Shown: positions 25,183 through 32,767 of the stretch, piece after piece
Layout of the letters: each line of letters opens with the position of its first letter
Position numbering within the stretch: position 1 is the stretch's first letter
IMG/VR virus record: IMGVR_UViG_3300033183_000049
Coordinates: 1 to 37,014 of that record
Length of the DNA stretch: 37,014 bases
Direction: 5' to 3' (one strand)
From: a virus
Program-made: the position numbers and the translations under genes
Notes under the pieces: model-generated
The model's database searches: none
Seen by the model: only the letters and a program-made list of their open reading frames with translations
What the model was told of the DNA's origin: nothing

Positions 25183-25594
25183 CTGTATAGTGTGTGCTAT
25201 GTTGTGGCTGTATAGTATAGGCTGCTACACAGTCCCCCACACTGACTACACAGCACAACACAGCCTGGCACAGACTACGCAGCTATTACTGGTGTTACTT
25301 AACTACACAGTTGTTACCAAACTACACAGTGTAAAGTGTAACTGTACAGTTTACAGAGGGGCGGGGAGGGGGGGTTGGCTGTGTAGTTTTTATGTTGTAG
25401 CCTCTTAGACACAAAAAGGGGTGAATTAGACTACTACACAGCCACTAGCGTAGGCAATGTAACTAATTAATTATAAAAAAGAAACTAAATTAACTACACT
25501 ACTGTACAAGCATACAGTATAAGGACAGGTTATATAGAACTACACAGTCATAAAAACTATGAATACTGTACACCGGCCTTCGAAACTACACAGT
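25183..25594. repeat. Iteron array: 8 copies of CTACACAG (7 direct, 1 inverted) plus degenerate copies
   Basis: Exact copies at 25225-32, 25246-53, 25303-10, 25322-29, 25379-86 (inverted), 25434-41, 25540-47 and 25586-93; seven extend to ACTACACAG. Variants: actacgcag at 25274-82, actacact at 25493-500, and ctgtatagt at 25183-91 and 25208-16. Confidence 0.85.
25358..25378 (+). other. G-rich tract GGGGCGGGGAGGGGGGGTTGG (potential G-quadruplex)
   Basis: G-runs of 4, 4 and 7 are separated by single nucleotides. No comparable tract stood out elsewhere in the window, though I did not scan exhaustively. Confidence 0.6.
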
Positions 25595-25650
25595 CAACAC
25601 AGCGTACACAGGCCAATAAAGAATAAATTAAAAGAAATAATAAATATTAC

Positions 25651-25679
25651 TTGACTTTTTAATAAAAGTATGCTATACT
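25651..25679 (+). promoter_or_regulatory. Late-arm promoter, TTGACT-17 nt-TATACT with TGn extended -10
   Basis: -35 at 25651-56, TGC at 25671-73 and -10 at 25674-79. It shares the 14-mer TATGCTATACTATT with the promoter at 30705. Confidence 0.7.
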
Positions 25680-25860
25680 ATTCATATAATGAACGCTTCA
25701 TACTATGAAGCCAAGACACACTATTAACATAAACCATCTATTATTCATAAAACATAAAAATAAAAACCAACTCTTATAACAATATACATACCAATATATC
25801 AATATTACCAATTTACATAACAATATAACTATATAGACAAACCCTAAGGGAGAATTTGTC

Positions 25861-26274
25861 ATGTCAAAAGACAACAATGAAAGTGGTCGTGTAAAAGGAA
25901 GACCAAGAAAAGAAGCTATAGCTGCTAAAACCACAGGTAAAAGAGTTGGTCGGGGACGTCCGAAAGGAGATGCAGGTATAATTAACGAGTATAAAGCTCG
26001 TATGTTAGCATCTCCAAAAAGTAGAAAAGTTCTTGACTCTATATTTGATGCTGCTTTAGACAATGACCATAAGAATCAAGCAGCAGCGTGGAAACTCGTC
26101 ATGGATAGAATACTTCCTGTAGCTGCTTTTGAAAAGGATGTAATATCAGGAGCATCAAGAAACGCTATTCAGATTAACATAACGGGTGTACCTAACGTTA
26201 ATGTTGGTAGTAGTGATTCTAAAGAGGATGAAGCAATAGATGGAGACTATGTAGATGTTGACCACAATGACTAA
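25861..26274 (+). CDS. AT-hook DNA-binding protein, possible small terminase subunit (137 aa)
   Basis: SD AAGGGAGA. There are two AT-hook-like motifs (GRPRK, GRGRPKG), then a helical domain and an acidic tail. It is the first gene of the late arm, two genes upstream of terL. The TerS role is a positional inference. Confidence 0.45.
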   Translation: MSKDNNESGRVKGRPRKEAIAAKTTGKRVGRGRPKGDAGIINEYKARMLASPKSRKVLDSIFDAALDNDHKNQAAAWKLVMDRILPVAAFEKDVISGASRNAIQINITGVPNVNVGSSDSKEDEAIDGDYVDVDHND

Positions 26275-26632
26275 AGAAGACTGGGAAGCTATAAAATACT
26301 TTAAGAAGGCTGAGTTTGATTGTCAACATACAGGTAACAACGAAATGAAGCTAGAGTTCCTAAGAGCTTTAGAACTGCTTAGAGAAGCCTGTGGTTTCCC
26401 CTTTGTTATCACCTCAGGCTATCGTGACCTTTCGCACCCTGTGGAAGCCAAGAAGTCAACCGTAGGCACTCATGCCCAAGGTATTGCCTGTGACATAGCG
26501 GTCAATGGTGGTAACCAACGCTACATTATAGCCCGTGAAGCAGCTAAATTAGGCTTTAATGGCATAGGTGTAGCCAAAGGTTTTATGCACGTAGACATTC
26601 GTGAGTCTACTCCAGTGATGTGGGTGTATTAA
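26267..26632 (+). CDS. Peptidase M15-family cell-wall hydrolase (endolysin candidate)
   Basis: Motifs SGYR, H..G.A.D (THAQGIACDIAV) and HVD match the Zn-ligand pattern of M15 (VanY / T5 L-Ala-D-Glu peptidase-like) enzymes. The start is either ATG 26267 or ATG 26255. Confidence 0.8.
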   Translation: MTKEDWEAIKYFKKAEFDCQHTGNNEMKLEFLRALELLREACGFPFVITSGYRDLSHPVEAKKSTVGTHAQGIACDIAVNGGNQRYIIAREAAKLGFNGIGVAKGFMHVDIRESTPVMWVY

Positions 26633-26633
26633 T

Positions 26634-26975
26634 ATGCAATATTCAGTAGGTGTTAGCTTAGATGCTTCCGGTGGTGCTATTAGTGCTCAGGAAGTCTTTA
26701 GAGTACCCGTAGGACATAAAGCCAAAGTAACCATGTTCTTCATGTCAAACGTAGGAGGCTCTACAACCACCGTAGGAGCTTCTTGGCATGACGGTGCTAC
26801 CATACCATTCCTAGGGGCTAAATCGTTAAGCTCAGGAGATCATGTGCAGTTTGGTGGTGGGTCAGGTCTTTACATGATGATGGCTGAGGATGACTACATT
26901 ACTGTAGACGTAGCGTCAGGTGGTGAGTGTAGTCTTATCGTCAGCTATGAACTCATTAGGGTTGATAGTCAGTAA
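26634..26975 (+). CDS. Hypothetical beta-rich protein (113 aa)
   Basis: ATG lies 2 nt after the upstream stop, with a TAATG overlap to terL. No motif recognised. Confidence 0.55.
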   Translation: MQYSVGVSLDASGGAISAQEVFRVPVGHKAKVTMFFMSNVGGSTTTVGASWHDGATIPFLGAKSLSSGDHVQFGGGSGLYMMMAEDDYITVDVASGGECSLIVSYELIRVDSQ

Positions 26976-28222
26976 TGGAGTTAAACATTGAACTCCTTGA
27001 GTGGCAAAAGGAAGTATGGAACACTCCTGTACGCTTTAAGGTTGTAGCTGCAGGAAGACGTTGTGGTAAGTCTAGGTTAGCTGCTTGGTTACTTATTGTT
27101 AATGCTCTACAAGCAGACAGAGGCCATGTGTTCTATGTAGCACCCACACAGGGTCAGGCTAGGGACATTATGTGGGGTCTACTCCTAGAGTTAGCACACC
27201 CTGTAGTTAAATCTAGTCATGTCAACAATATGCAAATTACCTTGGTCAACGGTGCTACCATTAGCCTCAAGGGTGCTGACAGACCCGATACTATGCGTGG
27301 TGTATCTCTTAAGTTCCTTGTGCTTGATGAATACGCTGACATGAAGCCCTCAGTATTTGAGGAGATTCTACGTCCTGCCCTAGCTGACCAAAAGGGTAGC
27401 TGTTTGTTCATTGGTACACCTAAAGGTCGTAACCACTTCTATGAACTCTACAAATACGCAGACCTCAGTGACGATGAAACCTATGAAGCATGGCATTTTA
27501 CGTCTTATAACAATGAAACTTTAGACCCAGAAGAGATTGATGTAGCTAAAAAGTCCATGTCTAGCTATGCGTTTCGTCAGGAGTTCATGGCAAGCTTTGA
27601 AGCTAGAGGCTCTGAGTTATTCAAAGAGGATTGGCTACAGTTTGCTGAGGAAGACAAAGAGGACGGTGATTACTACATAGCCGTTGACCTTGCAGGTTTT
27701 AACGAAGGTAGCAGTAAGAAGAACAAAAGACTTGACAATAGCTGCATAGCGGTAGCTAAAGTCAATGAACATGGATGGTTCGTAGAGAACATGATTGTAG
27801 GCCGTTGGACTTTGGACGAAACAGCACGTAAAATCTTTCAAGCCGTTAGGGACTATCGCCCAGTCAGCGTAGGTATCGAAAGAGGTATTGCTAAACAAGC
27901 TGTTATGTCCCCTCTTACGGACATGATGAAACGCCATAGCTTCTTCTTTCGCGTTGAGGAGCTCACGCATGGCAACCAAAAGAAAACTGACCGTATCGTA
28001 TGGGCACTTCAAGGCCGATTTGAGAACGGTTTGATTACAATTAAGCAAGCTGAGTGGAACTCACAGTTCATTGACGAGATTTCACAGTTCCCAGACCCAT
28101 TAACACATGACGATATGATAGACGCTCTAGCCTACGTAGACCAATTGGCTAAAGTTGCTTATGCAGGTAACTTTGAAGAGCTTGACGATTACGAAGAACT
28201 AGACGAAGTAGCAGGATATTAA
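26975..28222 (+). CDS. terL: Terminase large subunit (415 aa)
   Basis: Walker A-like VAAGRRCGKS, Walker B LVLDEYAD, and a C-terminal nuclease-like acidic motif (AVDLAG...DD). It lies directly upstream of the portal gene. Confidence 0.85.
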   Translation: MELNIELLEWQKEVWNTPVRFKVVAAGRRCGKSRLAAWLLIVNALQADRGHVFYVAPTQGQARDIMWGLLLELAHPVVKSSHVNNMQITLVNGATISLKGADRPDTMRGVSLKFLVLDEYADMKPSVFEEILRPALADQKGSCLFIGTPKGRNHFYELYKYADLSDDETYEAWHFTSYNNETLDPEEIDVAKKSMSSYAFRQEFMASFEARGSELFKEDWLQFAEEDKEDGDYYIAVDLAGFNEGSSKKNKRLDNSCIAVAKVNEHGWFVENMIVGRWTLDETARKIFQAVRDYRPVSVGIERGIAKQAVMSPLTDMMKRHSFFFRVEELTHGNQKKTDRIVWALQGRFENGLITIKQAEWNSQFIDEISQFPDPLTHDDMIDALAYVDQLAKVAYAGNFEELDDYEELDEVAGY

Positions 28223-28224
28223 CT

Positions 28225-30279
28225 ATGGTTAAAGTATACGACATTAACGAAGGTGCTGAAGAGCCTATCATCATCGAAGAATCCCTTGATGAATGGGTAC
28301 AATTTAAGTGTGACGAGTGGCGTGACCACTTTGAGGCCAACTACAGTCAAAAGTTTGATGAATACTATCGTCTTTGGCGTGGTATTTGGGCTGCTGAGGA
28401 TAAAACTAGGGAGTCGGAACGCTCTCGTATCATCTCCCCTGCCCTACAACAGGCCGTAGAGTCCTCTGTAGCGGAGATGGAGGAGGCTACCTTCGGAAGA
28501 GGGCAGTGGTTTGACATACGTGATGACTATCAAGACCAAGAAACTGGTGACATTGCGTACCTTAAGCGTCAACTTACGTATGACTTTAAGAAAACTAAGA
28601 TACGTAAAGCAGTAGCTGAATGTCTCATTAACTCAGCGGTCTTTGGTACTGGTGTTGCAGAGGTTGTCCTTGAGGACGTTAAGGAGATGAAACCTGCTAC
28701 GCAACCTATTATGGACGGACAAATGCAAGCCGTGGGTGTCAACATTAGTGACCGTACAGTAGTTAAATTACGTCCAGTAATGCCTCAGAACTTCCTTATT
28801 GACCCTGTAGCTACGTCCATTGACGAAGCCTTAGGTGTAGCTATTGATGAGTTTGTGTCTCGTCACCTTGTGGAGCAACTACAGGAACAAGGCGTATATC
28901 GTAATGTTTACCTTGGTAATGCCGCTGAAGACTTTGACATTGAGCCAGACAACGACCTAACAATGTACCAAGACGACAAGATTCGGTTAACTAAGTACTA
29001 CGGTCTTGTCCCTCGTCACTTGTTGATGGAGGAAGCTGAGGAAGGTGAAGCTACAGAACCCAGTGACAGCGAAAGTTACTACGTAGAGGCCATTGTTGTC
29101 TTAGGCAACGGCCAACTCTTGAAGGCCGAAGAAAACCCATACATGATGCAAGACCGTCCAGTAGTGGCATTCCCTTGGGATGTAGTTCCAAGTCGCTTCT
29201 GGGGTCGTGGTATCTGTGAGAAAGGCTACAACTCCCAAAAGGCGTTGGACGCTGAGATTAGAGCACGTATTGATGCTCTTGCCCTAACTGTTCATCCTAT
29301 GATGGCTATGGACGCAACACGCATTCCCAGAGGCTCTCGACCAGAAGTCAGAGCAGGGAAACTCTTACTTACCAATGGAGACCCCCGTGAAGTTTTACAC
29401 CCATTCAACTTTGGACAAGTTGGACAAATTACATTTGCTCAAGCACAAGCACTACAGGGCATGGTACAGCAAGCAACTGGTGCTGTGGATAGCACAGGGC
29501 TTGCAGGGCAGGTTAATGGAGAAGCTACTGCTGCTGGCATCTCTATGGGTCTTGGGGCAGTCATTAAGCGTCATAAGCGCACCCTTATAAACTTCCAAGA
29601 GTCATTCCTAATACCCTTCGTTGAGAAGGCAGCATGGCGTTATATGCAGTTTGAACCTGAGCTATATCCAGTTAAGGACTACAACTTCTGTGCTACAAGC
29701 ACCTTGGGTATCATTGCACGTGAGTACGAGACTACACAGTTGGTACAGTTGTTACAAACTATGTCCCCAGAGTCACCTGCGTACCCTGTGTTAATCCAGA
29801 GCATTGTGGACAACATGAACTTGAGTAACCGTGAAGAGATACTCAATGTGTTGCGTCAAGCACAACAGCCTAATCCTGAAGCACAACAGGCTCAACAGGC
29901 AATGCAACAAGCTCAGATGGCCTTCCAAGCAGCTCAGACTGCTACCCTACAGGCACAAGCTCAAGAGTCTCAGGCACGTGCTCAGAAGCTCTCAGTAGAG
30001 GCTATGCTTGCACCACGTGAAGTTGAGATTGACAAGATTAGAGCCGTTGGTACGTCTATGGACTCCAATGACGGTGACGAAAGAGAATTCCAACGTAAGC
30101 TTAAGATAGCTGAGTTGGCACTTAAAGAAAAAGCAATTGACAATAAACAAGGAGCTACCAATAATGGTAATAACTCAGCGAGAATTCAACAAGGCAATGG
30201 AGGAAATCAACCTCAGCTACAGCAACCTGTACAAGCGAGTGCAAACCCTAGAGTCCCAACTCAAGGAGGTATCCAATAA
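28225..30279 (+). CDS. Portal (head-to-tail connector) protein (684 aa)
   Basis: Called from its size, its position just after terL and before the scaffold and capsid genes, and its Gln-rich C-terminal tail. Not confirmed by a search. Confidence 0.75.
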   Translation: MVKVYDINEGAEEPIIIEESLDEWVQFKCDEWRDHFEANYSQKFDEYYRLWRGIWAAEDKTRESERSRIISPALQQAVESSVAEMEEATFGRGQWFDIRDDYQDQETGDIAYLKRQLTYDFKKTKIRKAVAECLINSAVFGTGVAEVVLEDVKEMKPATQPIMDGQMQAVGVNISDRTVVKLRPVMPQNFLIDPVATSIDEALGVAIDEFVSRHLVEQLQEQGVYRNVYLGNAAEDFDIEPDNDLTMYQDDKIRLTKYYGLVPRHLLMEEAEEGEATEPSDSESYYVEAIVVLGNGQLLKAEENPYMMQDRPVVAFPWDVVPSRFWGRGICEKGYNSQKALDAEIRARIDALALTVHPMMAMDATRIPRGSRPEVRAGKLLLTNGDPREVLHPFNFGQVGQITFAQAQALQGMVQQATGAVDSTGLAGQVNGEATAAGISMGLGAVIKRHKRTLINFQESFLIPFVEKAAWRYMQFEPELYPVKDYNFCATSTLGIIAREYETTQLVQLLQTMSPESPAYPVLIQSIVDNMNLSNREEILNVLRQAQQPNPEAQQAQQAMQQAQMAFQAAQTATLQAQAQESQARAQKLSVEAMLAPREVEIDKIRAVGTSMDSNDGDEREFQRKLKIAELALKEKAIDNKQGATNNGNNSARIQQGNGGNQPQLQQPVQASANPRVPTQGGIQ

Positions 30280-30575
30280 TGCCAACCAAGAACAAGAAAG
30301 ACAGTCGTCTGGAACGAGCAGGAGTAAGCGGGTACAACAAGCCAAAGCGGACTCCTAATCATCCTAAGAAATCTCATGTAGTAGTTGCCAAGGAAGGTGA
30401 CAAAGTTAAAACCATACGCTTTGGTGAACAAGGAGCTAAAACAGCAGGTAAACCAAAAGCAGGTGAATCTGAGGCAATGAAGAAGAAACGTAAGAGCTTT
30501 AAGGCTCGACACGGTAAGAACATTGCTAAAGGTAAGATGTCTGCAGCGTATTGGGCTGATAAGGTGAAATGGTAA
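30279..30575 (+). CDS. Highly basic small protein (98 aa)
   Basis: TAATG overlap. It is Lys/Arg-rich with the strings GYNKPKRTPNHPKKSHVVVAK..IRFGEQG...RH.KN...SAAYWA, a pattern I recall from other phage genomes. Function unknown. Confidence 0.6.
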   Translation: MPTKNKKDSRLERAGVSGYNKPKRTPNHPKKSHVVVAKEGDKVKTIRFGEQGAKTAGKPKAGESEAMKKKRKSFKARHGKNIAKGKMSAAYWADKVKW

Positions 30576-30703
30576 TGCCAGTACATAAGTGCAAAAGTGG
30601 TTACAAATGGGGTAAATCAGGGAAGGTTTACAAGACCAAGGCTGAAGCAGAGAAACAAGGTAAAGCTATATATGCCTCAGGTTATAAAAAAATTAAGAAA
30701 TAG
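30575..30703 (+). CDS. Small basic protein (42 aa), not in the ORF track
   Basis: Hand translation gives MPVHKCKSGYKWGKSGKVYKTKAEAEKQGKAIYASGYKKIKK. TAATG overlap with the upstream gene; stop TAG at 30701-03. Confidence 0.55.
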   Translation: MPVHKCKSGYKWGKSGKVYKTKAEAEKQGKAIYASGYKKIKK

Positions 30704-30704
30704 C

Positions 30705-30733
30705 TTGACATTTGGCATAATTTATGCTATACT
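30705..30733 (+). promoter_or_regulatory. Internal late promoter, TTGACA-17 nt-TATACT with TGn extended -10
   Basis: -35 at 30705-10 and -10 at 30728-33, preceded by TGC. It shares the same 14-mer TATGCTATACTATT as the promoter at 25651. Confidence 0.7.
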
Positions 30734-30778
30734 ATTAATATAATTAACCTACTGTCCACTTAAGGAGAAACAGTAAAC

Positions 30779-31033
30779 ATGACTCAAGATGTAAAAGAAA
30801 CTGAAGCTTATTTCCGTAGTTTAAACGAGATGGTTCGTTCAGAAGGTTGGAAGAACTTTCTTAATGAGATTAACGCTACGGCTAATCAAGCCAACTCAGT
30901 AGAACAAACTAAAGATGCTAATGACCTCTACTTCCGTAAGGGTCAACTAAACATCTTAGCAGGTATTCTTAACTTTGAAACTCAAATAGCTAATGCTCAA
31001 GAAGAGTTTGAAAGTAATGAGAGTTCTGAATGA
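30779..31033 (+). CDS. Hypothetical head-module protein (84 aa)
   Basis: SD AAGGAGAAA upstream of ATG 30779. Helical, with no motif recognised. Confidence 0.6.
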   Translation: MTQDVKETEAYFRSLNEMVRSEGWKNFLNEINATANQANSVEQTKDANDLYFRKGQLNILAGILNFETQIANAQEEFESNESSE

Positions 31034-31250
31034 TTTTGAGTGTCCTTCGGGACACATTACAGAGCACTTTGTAGACTCCGAGGCCACAACTGTTAGGTGC
31101 GAGTGTGGTCTTGAAGCTACTAAGCAAATGAGGGCAGTCACCTTTAAAGCCGACATTGGTAAGAATGCGACTACTAAGTCAATCTTACAGTGGGCTAAGA
31201 AGCGTGAACGTAAACTCAAACAAGAACGTAAAGCCTCTTACGCGGAGTAA
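31017..31250 (+). CDS. Zinc-ribbon-like protein (77 aa)
   Basis: The ORF track starts at 30993. ATG 31017 (MRVLNDFECPSGH...CECG) overlaps the upstream gene by 17 nt. It has a CPxGH...CxCG motif and a basic tail. Confidence 0.5.
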   Translation: MRVLNDFECPSGHITEHFVDSEATTVRCECGLEATKQMRAVTFKADIGKNATTKSILQWAKKRERKLKQERKASYAE

Positions 31251-31298
31251 CCTTTACATAATACCCATCTCCATAACTGAACACAGCGGAGTTTAATA

Positions 31299-32111
31299 AT
31301 GGCAGCAGTAATACTCGAAGAGCGTCCTGAAGACGATAACTCAGAAGACAATCAAGAAACTATAGAACAGGAAGCTCAAATAGAGCCAACCCCTTCAGAA
31401 CCCCAAGAACAAGAACAAACTGAACAAGAAGACGACATTCCCGAGAAGTACCGAGGCAAATCAGCCAAAGAACTTGCGAGGATGCACCAAGAAGCTGAGA
31501 AGCTCTTAGGGCGTCAAAGTAGTGAAGTTGGGGAGTTACGCAAGGTTGTTGATAGTTACATTCAGACACAACTCTCAAACCAAGCACCACAACAACAACA
31601 AGAAGACGAGGATGTAGACTTCTTTGTTGACCCAGATAAAGCCGTAGCAAGAGCTATTGAGCGACATCCCAAGATTCGCCAAGCTGAAGAAGTGACGCAG
31701 CAATATAAGAAACAAAATGCTTTGTCTCAACTACAGCAAAAGCACCCAGATATGCAACAAATCTTAGGTGACCCTAAGTTTGCTGAATGGGTAAAGGGGT
31801 CTAATGTACGCACAAAGCTATTTGTTGAGGCAGACCAACAGTATGACTATGAAGCAGCCAATGAGTTGTTTGATATGTGGAAAGACCGCCAAGGTGTTGT
31901 TAATCAGACCTTAGCTGTAGAGAAACAGGAACGCAAACAACAAGTCAAAGCAGCTTCCACTGGTAATGCTAGAGGTAATCCTGATGGTCAAGTTAGAAAG
32001 ATATATCGTCGCGCTGATATTATTAAACTAATGAAAACAGACCCAGATCGCTATATGGCTATGTCCGATGAGATTATGCAAGCGTATCAAGAGGGTCGTG
32101 TTAAGAGCTAA
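31299..32111 (+). CDS. Scaffolding protein (270 aa)
   Basis: The N-terminus is very acidic and Gln-rich, and the body is helical. It sits immediately upstream of the capsid gene, which is the typical position. Confidence 0.6.
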   Translation: MAAVILEERPEDDNSEDNQETIEQEAQIEPTPSEPQEQEQTEQEDDIPEKYRGKSAKELARMHQEAEKLLGRQSSEVGELRKVVDSYIQTQLSNQAPQQQQEDEDVDFFVDPDKAVARAIERHPKIRQAEEVTQQYKKQNALSQLQQKHPDMQQILGDPKFAEWVKGSNVRTKLFVEADQQYDYEAANELFDMWKDRQGVVNQTLAVEKQERKQQVKAASTGNARGNPDGQVRKIYRRADIIKLMKTDPDRYMAMSDEIMQAYQEGRVKS

Positions 32112-32125
32112 TCTAGGAGATTATA

Positions 32126-32194
32126 ATGGCTACTTCAACTTTTCCATCAATGACCGGTGCGGTCGACAACACTAGCGCAGCTAAGTTTATCCCT
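32126..32194 (+). CDS. Major capsid protein, exon 1 (23 codons)
   Basis: SD AGGAGA (32115-20) and ATG 32126, encoding MATSTFPSMTGAVDNTSAAKFIP. The unspliced frame stops 3 codons later (TAA 32201-03). The last exon base, T32194, pairs as U.G in P1. Confidence 0.75.
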
Positions 32195-32767
32195 AACCTT
32201 TAATTTTTTTGGGGATGTAAAACCTTCTCTGAATAACTGGAAACCTACGGGTAATCAGAGGGAACACGACAGACTAACACACGCAGTTCGGAGGATTCCA
32301 TGAAGCGTATCAGTTGGAAGTATTTAGCAGGATTGGTAGACGGTGAAGCCTGTATTGACGTTCAAATCACTAAAGGTGTTTATGTGCGTCCAAGACTTAG
32401 AATAGGAATGGCACAGAACGCCATAGCTCTTTTGGGTTTATTACAGAATTCATTAGGTGGACATATAGAACACCGTGAGTCTAAGAACGAAAACTGGCAA
32501 GACAGTGCCACAATATCTTGGTCGGGCTACAAACAAGCCTGTCCAGTTCTTAGAAACATAGTCAACCATCTTTTCCTGAAGAGGGAGCAAGCCAGATTTT
32601 GTCTTTGGATGGAGACAAACATCAAAGGACGGCAGGTCAGCACAGAAGTGCGAGACGCTATCCGACAAGAGCTTAAGCTAATGAAGCGTGACCCGCACAG
32701 ACTAAGTGAGAAGGCCCAAGAGCGTATTCTTGGGATGCTATAGTCGGGACTCTTGCAATAGAGTTGG
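32195..32767 (+). mobile_element. Group I intron (573 nt) carrying a homing endonuclease gene
   Basis: P1 atccct (32189-94) pairs with ggggat (32211-16). P3 ccttctc (32223-29) pairs with gagaagg (32708-14). P7 gacta (32700-04) pairs with tagtc (32741-45). P8 cccaaga (32715-21) pairs with tcttggg (32728-34). P9 gactct (32748-53) pairs with agagtt (32760-65). The terminal G is at 32767. The CACAGACTAA and CTATAGTCGG strings resemble the conserved R and S core elements. Confidence 0.8.
32300..32743 (+). CDS. LAGLIDADG homing endonuclease, single-motif type (147 aa)
   Basis: The motif KYLAGLVDGEACI lies near the N-terminus, and the size is typical of homodimeric LAGLIDADG enzymes. The ORF lies wholly inside the intron, and its 3' end overlaps the P7/P3'/P8 core. 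Confidence 0.85.
   Translation: MKRISWKYLAGLVDGEACIDVQITKGVYVRPRLRIGMAQNAIALLGLLQNSLGGHIEHRESKNENWQDSATISWSGYKQACPVLRNIVNHLFLKREQARFCLWMETNIKGRQVSTEVRDAIRQELKLMKRDPHRLSEKAQERILGML

Noticed and set aside
25190-25408. 72-aa plus-strand ORF inside the intergenic repeat region
   Set aside because: It is built from the iterons and the G-tract and has no SD. Its sequence is repeat-driven, and it lies upstream of the late promoter.
25183-25594. Whether the repeat array could be a CRISPR array
   Set aside because: The repeats are only 8-9 bp long and irregularly spaced (about 12 to 90 bp). One copy is inverted, and there are no cas genes. This is an iteron-type array, not a CRISPR array.
25698-26063. 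121-aa minus-strand ORF overlapping the start of the AT-hook gene
   Set aside because: It is antisense to a well-supported gene and its leader, has no SD, and has a hydrophobic, junk-like composition typical of AT-rich antisense frames.
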